From Trueperaceae bacterium (GTDB lineage Bacteria; Deinococcota; Deinococci; Deinococcales; Trueperaceae), in assembly GCA_965213705.1 (NCBI GenBank), contig OZ243913.1, positions 1,152,001 to 1,216,000 on the forward strand: a stretch of DNA of 64,000 nt, given 5' to 3'. The notes under the pieces were generated by a model that saw nothing but the letters and a program-made list of their open reading frames with translations, had not been told where the DNA came from and ran no database searches. Both the position numbers and the translations under genes were made by a program. Positions 1-9,457 of the stretch are shown here, one piece after another. Numbering within the stretch: the stretch's first letter is position 1; every line of letters starts with the position of its first letter.

Positions 1-2
1 TT

Positions 3-1547
3 GTTCCCGGGCATGGTAGTAACCAAGGTCAAGAGAAAGTACCCTCAGGTCTTAAAGACGTTACAGCTGTTTCAGCAGGTGAAGCACACAGTTTGGCGCT
101 CAAAAAGGACGGCACGGTGGTCGCGTGGGGTAGCAATTATGCCTGCCAATCAGCCGTACCTGCGGACCTCAAAGACGTGGTGGCAATATCCGCAGGTGTG
201 TATCACAGTATGGCCCTGCAAAGAGACGGGACGGTCGTTGTCTGGGGCAGCTATGCGGGGACGCCCCCCGAAGGCATCAAGGTCAGAACGGTAGATTGCT
301 CTACTGCGGGTCCGGTCCCGGCACCTACGAGCTTTAATTTGGAGAGTACAAGCTTTCCTGAAGACGTTTCGAGCGGCACGGTCGTGGGTACCTTCGTCAG
401 CCCAGGCACCCCGAACGTGAGCTACAGCCTGGTCGCGGGCGAGGGCGGCGCGGACAACGCCAGCTTTACGATTGACAGCAACACCCTCAAAACCGCGGCC
501 AGCTTCGACTTTGAAATCAAGAGCAGCTACAGCATTCGCGTTGAAGCGCGCAACAGCGCGGGCGCGGTTGAGGAAAGTTTTGTCCTTGAAGTGACGGACG
601 TAAACGAAACACCTGTCGACACCACCAAGCCGACCCTGACCTTCACCGACCCCGGCCCGCTCCTCGTCAACCGGCCGGTCACCTTGACGGGCAGCGCCGC
701 GGACGACACGGGCGTGAGCAAGCTCGAACTTTATGAGGGTGACACCCTGCTCGGCGCGGCCACCCTGACGAACACCACCTGGAGCTACAGCTACACCCCC
801 AGCGCCGCGGGCAGCGTGACCTTCAAGGCGGTCGCCACCGACGCGGCGCGCAACACCGCCGAGGCGAGCCGTAGCACTATTGTGTACTCCAACGTCGTGA
901 CCAACCTGAACGACGCCGGGGAAGGCTCCTTGCGCCAGCTGCTGCTCGACACCCCGGCAGGTGAAACCATCGGCTTTTTCCCGACCCTGCTGGGCGAAAC
1001 CCTCACCCTGACGAGCGGCCCCCTGGCCGTTGACAAAAACGTCACCATTACGGGCGACGTGACTCTGAGCGGGAACAACGCGTCTAAAGTTTTGGTCGTT
1101 GCTGCAGACGTGACGGCCGACCTCAAAGACCTCACCATCACAGAGGGCCAAGACCCGCGGGGGGGTGGCATTGAAAACGGCGGCACCCTCACCCTGTCCG
1201 GCAAGACCCGCGTGACGGGCAACACGGCTGTTGACTTCGGTTATGGTGGCGGCGTGCTCAACGACGGGACCCTCGTTCTCAAAGACGATGCCAGCATTAC
1301 GAACAACACCTCATTCACCATCGGGGGCGGCGTGTGGGGTGGCTACAGCTCCGTAACTACGCTTCAGGACAGGGCCGTTATCAGCAACAACTCGGCCGAA
1401 AGCGAGGGCGGCGGAATCTTCACGAACGGTACAATTATCGGCGCGAACTACAGCGACGGCAACCCTGATGACGATGATCCGAGTGACGACAACGTCTTTA
1501 ACAACAGCCCTGACCAGGTTGTCCTCTACGGGCCGGGCGCAGGCTAA
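3..1547 (+). CDS. Surface/secreted modular protein (RCC1-like repeats, cadherin-like, bacterial Ig-like, Pmp-like GGG repeats), 5'-truncated by window edge
   Basis: Frame is open from position 3. RCC1-like repeats (VSAGEAHSLALKKDGTVVAWG, ISAGVYHSMALQRDGTVVVWG), cadherin-like FDFE.KSSYSIRVEA...VTDVNE, Ig-like DTTKPTLTF...ATDAARN, then VVTNLNDAGEGSLRQ and GGGI.N.G repeats. Confidence 0.8.
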   Translation, partial: VPGHGSNQGQEKVPSGLKDVTAVSAGEAHSLALKKDGTVVAWGSNYACQSAVPADLKDVVAISAGVYHSMALQRDGTVVVWGSYAGTPPEGIKVRTVDCSTAGPVPAPTSFNLESTSFPEDVSSGTVVGTFVSPGTPNVSYSLVAGEGGADNASFTIDSNTLKTAASFDFEIKSSYSIRVEARNSAGAVEESFVLEVTDVNETPVDTTKPTLTFTDPGPLLVNRPVTLTGSAADDTGVSKLELYEGDTLLGAATLTNTTWSYSYTPSAAGSVTFKAVATDAARNTAEASRSTIVYSNVVTNLNDAGEGSLRQLLLDTPAGETIGFFPTLLGETLTLTSGPLAVDKNVTITGDVTLSGNNASKVLVVAADVTADLKDLTITEGQDPRGGGIENGGTLTLSGKTRVTGNTAVDFGYGGGVLNDGTLVLKDDASITNNTSFTIGGGVWGGYSSVTTLQDRAVISNNSAESEGGGIFTNGTIIGANYSDGNPDDDDPSDDNVFNNSPDQVVLYGPGAG

Positions 1548-1563
1548 ACAGCAGAGTAGACGC

Positions 1564-1603
1564 AAGGAGGGACAGGCTCGAGCCTGTCCCTTCCTTTTGT
1601 TTT
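1564..1603 (+). terminator. Rho-independent terminator
   Basis: Perfect 24-bp palindrome AGGGACAGGCTCGAGCCTGTCCCT (1568-1591), extended by AAGG/CCTT, followed by TTTTGTTTT; 17 nt after the stop codon. Confidence 0.85.
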
Positions 1604-1684
1604 AGCCTGTACGGTGTGCTGTTTGTGTTTGGGCAACGGCCAAGAAATCTTTCGGTGTATCCATATCGCTTCAGACTCTCAGGT

Positions 1685-2995
1685 CTACAAACCCCAGGGA
1701 TAGGTGTCGGGCGTTTTCCCACCTTCAGGCTCGAGGTGGAGCGGGTGCAACCCTTCTGTTTGGCCGAGGTACAAAAAGGCGTCGTAGCGCCGCGGCAGCA
1801 CGGTCGGGACGTAGTTGCCACGTTCGCGGTTCGGGTGATAAACCACACCGATAGCGCGGTGGCCGCGTCGCTCTAAAAAGGCCGGGTCGCCCAAGTCGGC
1901 GCTGAGAAGCAGGCGGTCACCCCCGGTTTCGTGCGACATGGTTTCGTGCAGCAGGGCTTCCCAACTCCCCGGTACGGCGGGCGGCACGGGCATCTTTTCC
2001 ATCTCCGCGCCCCAGTAGTCGCCGGCAATCACCGAGCCCTGGTACGACCCAAAGCCGACGAGCACGACACCTTCTTCACCATGCCGCTCGCGCGTGAGCT
2101 GCCCGACGTTGACCATACCCACCGTCGCCATGTCGGTAGCCCTTGCGTCGCCGACGTGCGTGTTGTGTTCCCAAACAATCGCCTTGGCTCCCGCCCCGCG
2201 GCGCACCATGAGTCGGTCGAGCGTGTCCGTCATGTGGGTGTCGCGCAGGTTCCAGGACCGTGAGCCCCCGCGAATCATGGCGCGGTAGTAGCGCTCGGCG
2301 TTGACGGCGACAAAGGCGTTTTGCTCGGCGTTCAGACGCGTTTCGGCGTCGGCGGGGTAGGTCTCGGCTTTTTGGCGGAGTTCGCTCAGGAGTTTTATTA
2401 CTTCCGCCTCGCAAGAAGTCGGCACCATCATGGTCGCCTCGGCGTAGGCGTGGACGTCTTCGCGGTAGGGCTCGAAGCAGCGGTAGGCGCGTCTGGCAGC
2501 CTCGAGCGCCTCGGGGTCGGTGTCTTTTAAAAAACCTGTGACGGCCTCCAAAGACTCCCACAAGCTGTACACGTCGAGCCCGTAAAAGCCGACGCGCTTT
2601 TCAACCGGCAGTGCCTCATTGTGGGTGCGCAGCCACTCGGCAAAGGCCACGACCTCCCAGTTGGCCCACATCCAGGTCGGCCAGCGGCGGAAGGCGTGCA
2701 GCACGTCAAAGGCATTCTTACCCGCGTCCTCATAACCTTTGACAAAGCGGTTCACCTGGTAACAGTCGGGCCAGTCGCCCTCGACGGCGACGAAGGAAAA
2801 GTCTTTTTCTTTGATGAGGCGCTTGGAGAGCCGCGCCCGCCAACTGTAAAACTCCGAAGTTCCGTGTGAAGCCTCGCCGATGAGGACGTAGCGTGCGTCG
2901 CCGATGGTTTCAAGTAGGGGCTCGAGGTCACCCTCGTCCTCGAGCCTGTGACTTACCTTCAAAAGTTTGTCGCTCAGTTCTCCGTCCGTAACCAT
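1685..2995 (-). CDS. Erythromycin esterase (EreB-like) family protein
   Basis: Motifs VLIGEASHGTSEFY, VAVEGDWPD, FYGLDVYSL, WNLRDTHM, WEHNTHVGDARAT, HRAIGVVY.P..E..NY. Confidence 0.88.
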   Translation of the reverse strand: MVTDGELSDKLLKVSHRLEDEGDLEPLLETIGDARYVLIGEASHGTSEFYSWRARLSKRLIKEKDFSFVAVEGDWPDCYQVNRFVKGYEDAGKNAFDVLHAFRRWPTWMWANWEVVAFAEWLRTHNEALPVEKRVGFYGLDVYSLWESLEAVTGFLKDTDPEALEAARRAYRCFEPYREDVHAYAEATMMVPTSCEAEVIKLLSELRQKAETYPADAETRLNAEQNAFVAVNAERYYRAMIRGGSRSWNLRDTHMTDTLDRLMVRRGAGAKAIVWEHNTHVGDARATDMATVGMVNVGQLTRERHGEEGVVLVGFGSYQGSVIAGDYWGAEMEKMPVPPAVPGSWEALLHETMSHETGGDRLLLSADLGDPAFLERRGHRAIGVVYHPNRERGNYVPTVLPRRYDAFLYLGQTEGLHPLHLEPEGGKTPDTYPWGL

Positions 2996-3023
2996 GCTTT
3001 CCCCCTTAACCCGACGACCGCGC

Positions 3024-3665
3024 TCAGGTCCAAGCGGCGGCCTCTTCCAGCAGTGCCTGCACCTCGGCGTCGCTCGTCTGCGGAAACGACGTGTACCAGC
3101 GCCCCACGCCGTAAAAGGGCGCGGGCGTTGTAGCGCAGATGATGTGGTCGACCTCGAGCGCCAGCGCCGCGCAGGTGTTGGGCGCAGCGACCGGCACCGC
3201 CACGACGAGCTTGGCTGGACGCTGCTGTTTTAGCGCCTCCACCGCCGCGCGCATACTCGCGCCAGTGGCGAGACCGTCGTCTATCAAGATGACCGTGCGC
3301 CCCTCGGGTTGGGGCGGCAGCCGACTGCCGCGGTAGAGCCGTTCGCGTCGCGCCAGTTCCGCGCGTTCCCGCTCGAGCACGTCCGCAATGCGTTCTTCCG
3401 AAATCCCCAGCCGCGCCACGAGGTCGTCGTTCATCACCTGCGCGCCGCCCGAGGCAATCGCGCCCAGCGCCAACTCCTCCTGCCCCGGCGTGCCGAGCTT
3501 GCGGACGACGAACACGTCGAGCGGTGCGTGAAGTGTTTTGGCAACCTCGAACGCGACCGGCACGCCGCCGCGCGGCAACGCCAGGACGAGGGCGCTGCCC
3601 TCGTAGCCCTCAACCTGCAGGCGTTTGGCAAGCTCGAGGCCCGCCGCCGAACGGTCTTTGAACAT
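3024..3665 (-). CDS. Type I phosphoribosyltransferase family protein
   Basis: F.DR..AG, LALPRGGVPVA, VRKLG.P..ELA.GA and PRPP-binding VILIDDGLATGASM. Confidence 0.9.
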   Translation of the reverse strand: MFKDRSAAGLELAKRLQVEGYEGSALVLALPRGGVPVAFEVAKTLHAPLDVFVVRKLGTPGQEELALGAIASGGAQVMNDDLVARLGISEERIADVLERERAELARRERLYRGSRLPPQPEGRTVILIDDGLATGASMRAAVEALKQQRPAKLVVAVPVAAPNTCAALALEVDHIICATTPAPFYGVGRWYTSFPQTSDAEVQALLEEAAAWT

Positions 3666-3800
3666 CACGGCGCTGAAATCCTAAGTTGCTCCACACCGAG
3701 CCTCAAACGAAAGGGGTCAGCCGTCGTTGCGGTAGGTCGACCCGCGCCCGGTCTTGAACGCCGCCAGGTTGGTCGTGCTGCACGCTGCCCCCGTCTTGAA

Positions 3801-4007
3801 TCAGGCGTCGCCCACCTCGAACGAAATTTTGGCGTTGATGCGGTACTGGGTGATTTTGCCGTTTTCGACAATTGCTTGCATGTCTTTGACGTAGACGGAT
3901 TGAATGTTGCGCACGCTCTTGGCCGCTTCTTGAAGTGCGACCTGCGCCGCGTCGTCCCAACTCTTCTCGGACTGTGCCAACACTTCAATGACTTTGATAA
4001 TGCTCAT
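3801..4007 (-). CDS. Dodecin family flavin-binding protein
   Basis: 68 aa MSIIKVIEVLAQSEKSWDDAAQ.A..EAAKSVRNIQS...YRINAKISF; ATG at 4007 with purine-rich SD upstream. Confidence 0.9.
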   Translation of the reverse strand: MSIIKVIEVLAQSEKSWDDAAQVALQEAAKSVRNIQSVYVKDMQAIVENGKITQYRINAKISFEVGDA

Positions 4008-4045
4008 GGTGTCCCTTCCTGTTTCCTGAGTTTTACTTTCTGGTT

Positions 4046-4285
4046 TTACTCCCTGATACGGTCTTTGGCGGCTTCGACGCCCTCGGCTTCGGCGCAGTGG
4101 GCGCAGCAATAATAGGTGCCGGTCGCCTCGACGCCGTGCCCGATGATTCTTACCCCGCACTTGGCGCAGGTCGGCGCGAGCATGTGAACCGCACACTCGA
4201 AGCTGTCGAAGGTGTGGCTGTGCCCATCCATCACCACTTCGAACGTCTTGTCGTACTCGTTGCCGCACGTTTCACACTTAGCCAC
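4046..4285 (-). CDS. Small Cys/His-rich metal-binding protein (prokaryotic metallothionein-like)
   Basis: 79 aa from GTG 4285: CETCGN.YDK.F...FDSFECA.H.LAP.C.KCG.RIIGHG....YCCAHCA. Confidence 0.8.
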   Translation of the reverse strand: MAKCETCGNEYDKTFEVVMDGHSHTFDSFECAVHMLAPTCAKCGVRIIGHGVEATGTYYCCAHCAEAEGVEAAKDRIRE

Positions 4286-4546
4286 GCTGCTGCCCCTAAC
4301 TTTGTACAACGAGGGGTGGTTTTGGTGCCCCCCTGTTTCCGGCCCCGACACAGAACTCGCTAAAAAAGGCGCGACCCGGCCGCCGGTCAACCCACCTTAG
4401 AGACTCTCGAGCCCGCCTACTTTGGTGTGAGGTACAGTTCGGGTGGGCTTATCTCGAGGGCAGGGGAGATGGGAGCGGAGGAGATAGGGAGCAGAGAAGA
4501 AAAAGCTCTTGGCTTTACTTTCTCCTTTCCACTTGGCACTTTCTCC

Positions 4547-7500
4547 CTAGTGCGCCCCCCGCTTCTCGAGCACCGCCGCGGGGGTTTGGGTCAAGAGCAC
4601 CACGTCCCACCATATAGACCAGTTGCGCACGTAGTGGCTTTCCATCTCGAGGCGCTCCTGAAACGTCACCGTGCTGCGGCCCGAAACCTGCCAGTAGCCG
4701 GTGATACCCGGTTTGGCCTCGAAAATCGTCTCGCCATACGCGCCGACGTCACCCAGTTCCCGCGTCAGGTAAGGGCGCGGCCCGACGAGGCTCATGGTGC
4801 CGTTCAGCACGTTGAACACTTGCGGCAGTTCGTCGAGGCTGTACTTGCGCAGGACGCGCCCGGCGCGGGTCACGCGCGGGTCGTGCTCGAGCTTGTGGTA
4901 GCGCCTGTATTCCTCTGCTAGGGTTGCGTCGGTTGCCAGTAACTCTTGCAGTCGCTCTTCAGCGTCGCTGTACATCGTCCTAAACTTAAAACACCTGAAA
5001 ACTTCGCCGTGTTGTCCGACGCGTTCGCCCGCGTGAAAAGCCGGTCCCGGACTGTCGAGCTTAACCCACAGTGCCAGGGCGAGCGCGACCGGCGTGGCGA
5101 GCAAAGCCGCCACGCCGCCACCGACGAGGTCGAGGCCCCGCTTGAACAAGCGGTTGCTCCGCGAGTAGAGGCCGTTACGGAATTCCAGCGCCAAAAAACC
5201 CGCCAGTGGGCTCGCCGACACGTCTTGCGCGGGCAAACCCGACAGCTCGGGCACGAACTGGAGGTGTTTGAAAACGCGGCTGCGGTGGTGGATAAAGTCC
5301 GACAGCAGCGCGGGCGACATGGTCGAAATAGTGACGACGGCGTGGTTGACGCCCCACCTCGCAGCGTAGGCGTCGGCACTCGCCAGGGCGCCCAAAACCG
5401 GCAAGCCCGCCACGTTGCGCCCCTGCTTGAGCGGGTCGTCGTCGAAAAAAGCGACCGGCCGCAAGCCCTCTAAAGGGCTGCGCTCGAGGACAGCGGCGAG
5501 TTTGCCGCCCACCCGGCCCGCCCCGAGAATAAACACAGGCCGCCCCCACAGCTGAGCGCGCAGCAGTAAACGCTTGAACACCGCACGGCCCAGCGCCAAA
5601 AACCCGAGGCTCAGCCCGAACGTCACAACCAGGACCGACCTCGGTACGGGTAAGTCTTGACCGAACAGCACGGTTCCGGCGGCCAGGAGAAGGGCGGCGT
5701 AGGTCGCAGCCACCACTTGCTTACGAAGTTCTTGCGGTGCGGTCAAGCCGTAACCTGGATACAGCCCTTCGCGCCAGACCATCACCGGCCACAGCAGCAG
5801 CGCGTAAGTCGTAACTGAAAGGGGAGCGACAAGGCGCACTAAGTCTTGAGGGTAAAGCAGAACTACGGCTGTTAAAAAGGCCAGATACGTCATGGCAAAG
5901 TCCGTGACGGCAAGGCCCAAACTGACGCCCAACTGCGGCGTGTCGAGCTGACTCATCGACTCTTTCGGTAGCGCCGCCGCGCGCCAGCCCGCCACCGCCA
6001 CGAGCGGGTACAAAACGCCGCCGTAAAACAGGGTCACGTCGAAAACGTTGACGAACAAAACGGCCAGGACGACCGCCAAAAAAGCGCCGTCGAGGCTTTT
6101 GACCGCGCCCCACAGCAGGGCGAGAATCAGCAGCGTCACGCCCAAAAACCCCACCACGCCCCGCTCGAACAAAACGTGCAAGAAAAAGTTGTGAGCGTGC
6201 GACGGGATGGCGCGAAGTTTTTGGTTGTTCGGCCAGGTCGTTTGGTAGTACTCCGGAAAGCTGTCCGGCCCCCAACCGAGCCAGGGTTTGGCCCGAACGC
6301 CCTGCCAGGCCGCTTGCCAGTAAGGAACGCGGGCCACGCCCAAACTTAGGCCCTTAGTGGCCGCCCCCGGCGTGTAGTCGCTCAAAAGGGCGCCCGGCTC
6401 GAGCTGAAAGCCGGCAAAACGCGCCGAGCTGTCCGCGACCGTCCGCGCGTCGGGCGCCAAGCCGACGTACCAGTAGAGAAGGGGTTGGTCGCCCTCGTAA
6501 ACAAAAGTCGCGAACACGCGCCGCCACTCGCCTTGGACGGCGGCGACGCCCCTGTTCAGCACCCGCCCCGGCCCGGTTGCGCTCGCCTGCCAGTGACCGT
6601 CCACCAGGGCGGCGGCCAGCGTGAAGGTCTGGGCGCTCTCAAGCAGCTGTCCCCAGCCCTGGATGCCGGGTTGAGACCCCTGTTCCGGGCGCAGCCAGGC
6701 GCTGACCGTGTAGGGTTCGCCCGCCTTGACGGGCACGACCTGTTGCAACCTCAGCCAGCCGTCCGCACCCTTTTTGGTTACCTCGTAAGTGGTGAGCGAG
6801 ACGTCGTTCAACTCGGCGCTGCCCGCCTCGACCCCGACCCAGGTGGTGTCCCACCAGTCGCCGTTGGGAATTTCCGACCCCTGAACCAGGTTGCGGTCAC
6901 CCGCCGACGGTACGATGTCGAGCAAAAAGCCGAACCGGCCCCAGCCGAACAGCGGTCCCAGACCCGCCGCCACCGCCAGCATCACGCTCAACAAAGTGAT
7001 TTCGGCGACGAGGCTGCGCCTCGAGCGTGTCTTCCGGACCCAGAACAAAACGACCGTGACGAACACCCAGGCGACGGCCGCCTCGCGGCTCCCGGCAACC
7101 AGGATGCCGAGCGCCGAAAGACTCAAACCCATAAACCGAAAGCGGGCGTTCGCGGCCAAAACGGCGATGAGTGCCCCCAACACAAACACGGTGTGTCCGT
7201 AAAAAGCCGGTGACGTGGACCAAATGACGGCTTGGGTAAAGGTTTTATAAGCGAAGTTGAGCCGCCCCATCTGCAACCAACCCGCCCCGACGACGACGGC
7301 CAAACCTGCCACCAACCCCCCCGTGACCGCGGCGGCGTGGGTGGGTACGAAGGGAAAACGGCGCAGGTGAAAAAAAGCCCGGTAGACGAGCCACGGCCCC
7401 ATAATCTGCAACACGCCGAAGGCGAAGCCTGCCGCGCCTGTATGCACCCCCAAAGACAGCGCCGAAAACAGCGCCGCCGCGCCCCACAGCAGGTCCGAGC

Positions 7501-7621
7501 GGTTGAACGTCCAGCGGCTCGCCAGAAAAAACAGCACCGCCAGAAAGGGGCCGAACGAGGGCAAAAAGGCGAAGCTGAAGCCCAGTAAAAAAGCGGCACT
7601 TTTGTTCAAAGAACGAGTCAT
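4547..7621 (-). CDS. Fusion protein: O-antigen ligase/O-OTase-like (Wzy_C) region with inserted carbohydrate-binding-like domain, plus WbaP/WcaJ-type undecaprenyl-phosphate glycosylphosphotransferase
   Basis: One 1024-aa ORF: N-terminal TM helices with GSRE; soluble jelly-roll-like block ([18 protein letters not shown]...FQLEPG...DYTP); PWLGWG...[17 protein letters not shown]; then Rossmann-like [45 protein letters not shown]. Confidence 0.85.
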   Translation of the reverse strand: MTRSLNKSAAFLLGFSFAFLPSFGPFLAVLFFLASRWTFNRSDLLWGAAALFSALSLGVHTGAAGFAFGVLQIMGPWLVYRAFFHLRRFPFVPTHAAAVTGGLVAGLAVVVGAGWLQMGRLNFAYKTFTQAVIWSTSPAFYGHTVFVLGALIAVLAANARFRFMGLSLSALGILVAGSREAAVAWVFVTVVLFWVRKTRSRRSLVAEITLLSVMLAVAAGLGPLFGWGRFGFLLDIVPSAGDRNLVQGSEIPNGDWWDTTWVGVEAGSAELNDVSLTTYEVTKKGADGWLRLQQVVPVKAGEPYTVSAWLRPEQGSQPGIQGWGQLLESAQTFTLAAALVDGHWQASATGPGRVLNRGVAAVQGEWRRVFATFVYEGDQPLLYWYVGLAPDARTVADSSARFAGFQLEPGALLSDYTPGAATKGLSLGVARVPYWQAAWQGVRAKPWLGWGPDSFPEYYQTTWPNNQKLRAIPSHAHNFFLHVLFERGVVGFLGVTLLILALLWGAVKSLDGAFLAVVLAVLFVNVFDVTLFYGGVLYPLVAVAGWRAAALPKESMSQLDTPQLGVSLGLAVTDFAMTYLAFLTAVVLLYPQDLVRLVAPLSVTTYALLLWPVMVWREGLYPGYGLTAPQELRKQVVAATYAALLLAAGTVLFGQDLPVPRSVLVVTFGLSLGFLALGRAVFKRLLLRAQLWGRPVFILGAGRVGGKLAAVLERSPLEGLRPVAFFDDDPLKQGRNVAGLPVLGALASADAYAARWGVNHAVVTISTMSPALLSDFIHHRSRVFKHLQFVPELSGLPAQDVSASPLAGFLALEFRNGLYSRSNRLFKRGLDLVGGGVAALLATPVALALALWVKLDSPGPAFHAGERVGQHGEVFRCFKFRTMYSDAEERLQELLATDATLAEEYRRYHKLEHDPRVTRAGRVLRKYSLDELPQVFNVLNGTMSLVGPRPYLTRELGDVGAYGETIFEAKPGITGYWQVSGRSTVTFQERLEMESHYVRNWSIWWDVVLLTQTPAAVLEKRGAH

Positions 7622-7674
7622 AAGCTTGACTGAGTTACCCCCCTGTGTACCTTAGCCCGTTTGTGGGGGTGCGT

Positions 7675-9453
7675 CTAGGGTTTGGCTTGCGTTCCCGAAC
7701 CACCTTGGCGCAGGGCGTTCATGCCCAGAAGGAGCGGAAAAAGCACGCCCGAGTAAAAAAAGGTGTAGTCGAAGACGTTCATCATAAAAACGGGCACGAC
7801 CAGGGCCAAACCGCGCCAGCGGCCCCACCGCCAGGCGAGGTAGAGCAAGCCGCCGGTCAGCCACAGCGCGGCGACAAGGCCGGGTAGGCCGTAGAGGGCG
7901 GCGAACTGGAGCCAAAAATTGTGGGCGTGGGAAACGATTTCTTGGCTGTCGCCCCGGTAGGTTGCTCGCCAGTAACCGGGGAAGTCCGCACCGATGCCCG
8001 TCCAGGGGTGCTCGAGGAGCGCGTGTCCGGCAACCTGCCAGATCTCGAGCCTGCTCGTCCCTTCTCGCGCAAGCAAAGCGTTTCTAAATTGATCTGTGGA
8101 GATCAGGCCTATCCCAATTATCAACGTGGCTGCGGCAAAAGCGAACAAAAACGCCCGTTTTTCACGAAAGAGAAACCAATGAAACCACACCACACCCAGA
8201 CCAAAGGCCAGTAACGCGGCGCGCGATCCCACACTGAGCAGGGTGTACCCTGCCAACAGAGAAACGAGTAAAAAGCCATTCGCAAGGCGAACTGTACTAA
8301 GCGCGGCCAGACTCACGGAAAGTACAGTATGAGCAGCCAAGTTCGCGTGCGTGAACCAGAGTTGAACGCGTTCATAAGTCGGCTGAGAGGTAAGGTTCCG
8401 TCCGTCCGACGTCGTCAAACGCGTGTCTTTCACTTCCAGCACCGTGTTCTCGCTCTGGCCGCTGCCGACCGTAAGGAGAACGTTGACTAGGTCGGTTTTA
8501 CCGGGTACCTTCAGCTTGAAGTCAAACCGACGCCACGTTCTGTCGGGGACGAAACCGTAACTGGCGCGGTAGGCTGTATCGGCCCCTTGTGAAGCGACGG
8601 TCACAGCCGCCCCCTCTTGTAAAAGCGGCTCGAGGCGCACCCAACCATCTTCTCGAAGTTCAAAAAGCTTGACCCCTTTTACGTCGTAGGTCAGGCCGTC
8701 AAGGTTGTTTAGAACCACGCGGATAACATGTGAGGTGGACGCGGGCGGAGCCGTCCAGATGCGGGAGAATCCCCGCCACCGGGGGGTCAGCGCCACGTCT
8801 TCACACGCCGTGTCACTGCCGGGATCCCACGTTTGCAGCCAGACACCCCGACACCTCTGAGCTTCTACAGGTGTCGGGGCACGCATCTCGAACCCGACCT
8901 TGAACGTTCTGCCGCCCGCGGGACTTTTCAGGTCGAACGTGCGCATCAAATAGGGGTCTCTTCCCAGCGGCGTTTTGACGCGGGTAAACGTCCGGCTCTC
9001 CTCCAGAGGGGTTAGCTCAAAGCCACCCTCGGAGCGGAACCAGTCCCAGCCTGTTTGGCCTTCGACGACGCGGGCCTCGAAGGAAAGCTCGAGGTCGCTC
9101 ACGCCCGGCGGCACGCGCCAGCTACGCGTCGCCGTCTTGCTGACGAGGTTTTGCTTCAGACCTGCCGAGATGGACGTGAGGCCGCGCGTATAGGGGTTCT
9201 GCCACACCTGTTTAGAAAGCAGGGGCTCAACGAGAGCCGAGGCCGCGAAAAACACAAGAACCGCCATGAGCGCTGTTTTCAACGTTTTTTCGAACGTAAA
9301 AAGGCTAACGAAAAACGCCAAAAAAAACTGCCCCGCCCAAACAACCCCCTCACGCCCCTGGCCCGTAACAATGCCGAGCACGAGAAAAACGAGCGTGGGA
9401 ACACCCCAAACGTACAGCCACGCGCGTCGGGAGCGAGACAGAAAAGAACCCAC
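7675..9453 (-). CDS. O-antigen ligase/O-OTase-like membrane protein with large extracytoplasmic CBM-like insert
   Basis: HANLAAH, GSRAAL, SRLEIWQVA...HPWTGIG, HAHNFWLQFAALYGLPG. Start is uncertain; GTG 9453 chosen because it lies just past the upstream GT stop. Confidence 0.78.
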   Translation of the reverse strand: MGSFLSRSRRAWLYVWGVPTLVFLVLGIVTGQGREGVVWAGQFFLAFFVSLFTFEKTLKTALMAVLVFFAASALVEPLLSKQVWQNPYTRGLTSISAGLKQNLVSKTATRSWRVPPGVSDLELSFEARVVEGQTGWDWFRSEGGFELTPLEESRTFTRVKTPLGRDPYLMRTFDLKSPAGGRTFKVGFEMRAPTPVEAQRCRGVWLQTWDPGSDTACEDVALTPRWRGFSRIWTAPPASTSHVIRVVLNNLDGLTYDVKGVKLFELREDGWVRLEPLLQEGAAVTVASQGADTAYRASYGFVPDRTWRRFDFKLKVPGKTDLVNVLLTVGSGQSENTVLEVKDTRLTTSDGRNLTSQPTYERVQLWFTHANLAAHTVLSVSLAALSTVRLANGFLLVSLLAGYTLLSVGSRAALLAFGLGVVWFHWFLFREKRAFLFAFAAATLIIGIGLISTDQFRNALLAREGTSRLEIWQVAGHALLEHPWTGIGADFPGYWRATYRGDSQEIVSHAHNFWLQFAALYGLPGLVAALWLTGGLLYLAWRWGRWRGLALVVPVFMMNVFDYTFFYSGVLFPLLLGMNALRQGGSGTQAKP

Positions 9454-9457
9454 GGGT

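Noticed and set aside
1685..2995. Macrolide-resistance gene (ereA/ereB)
   Set aside because: The motifs fit the broad PRTase-associated esterase subfamily; nothing in the sequence or context supports antibiotic resistance.
4458..4547. Purine tract followed by pyrimidine tract downstream of the fusion gene as an ncRNA or repeat element
   Set aside because: Only loose complementarity and a single copy in the window; at most a weak terminator.
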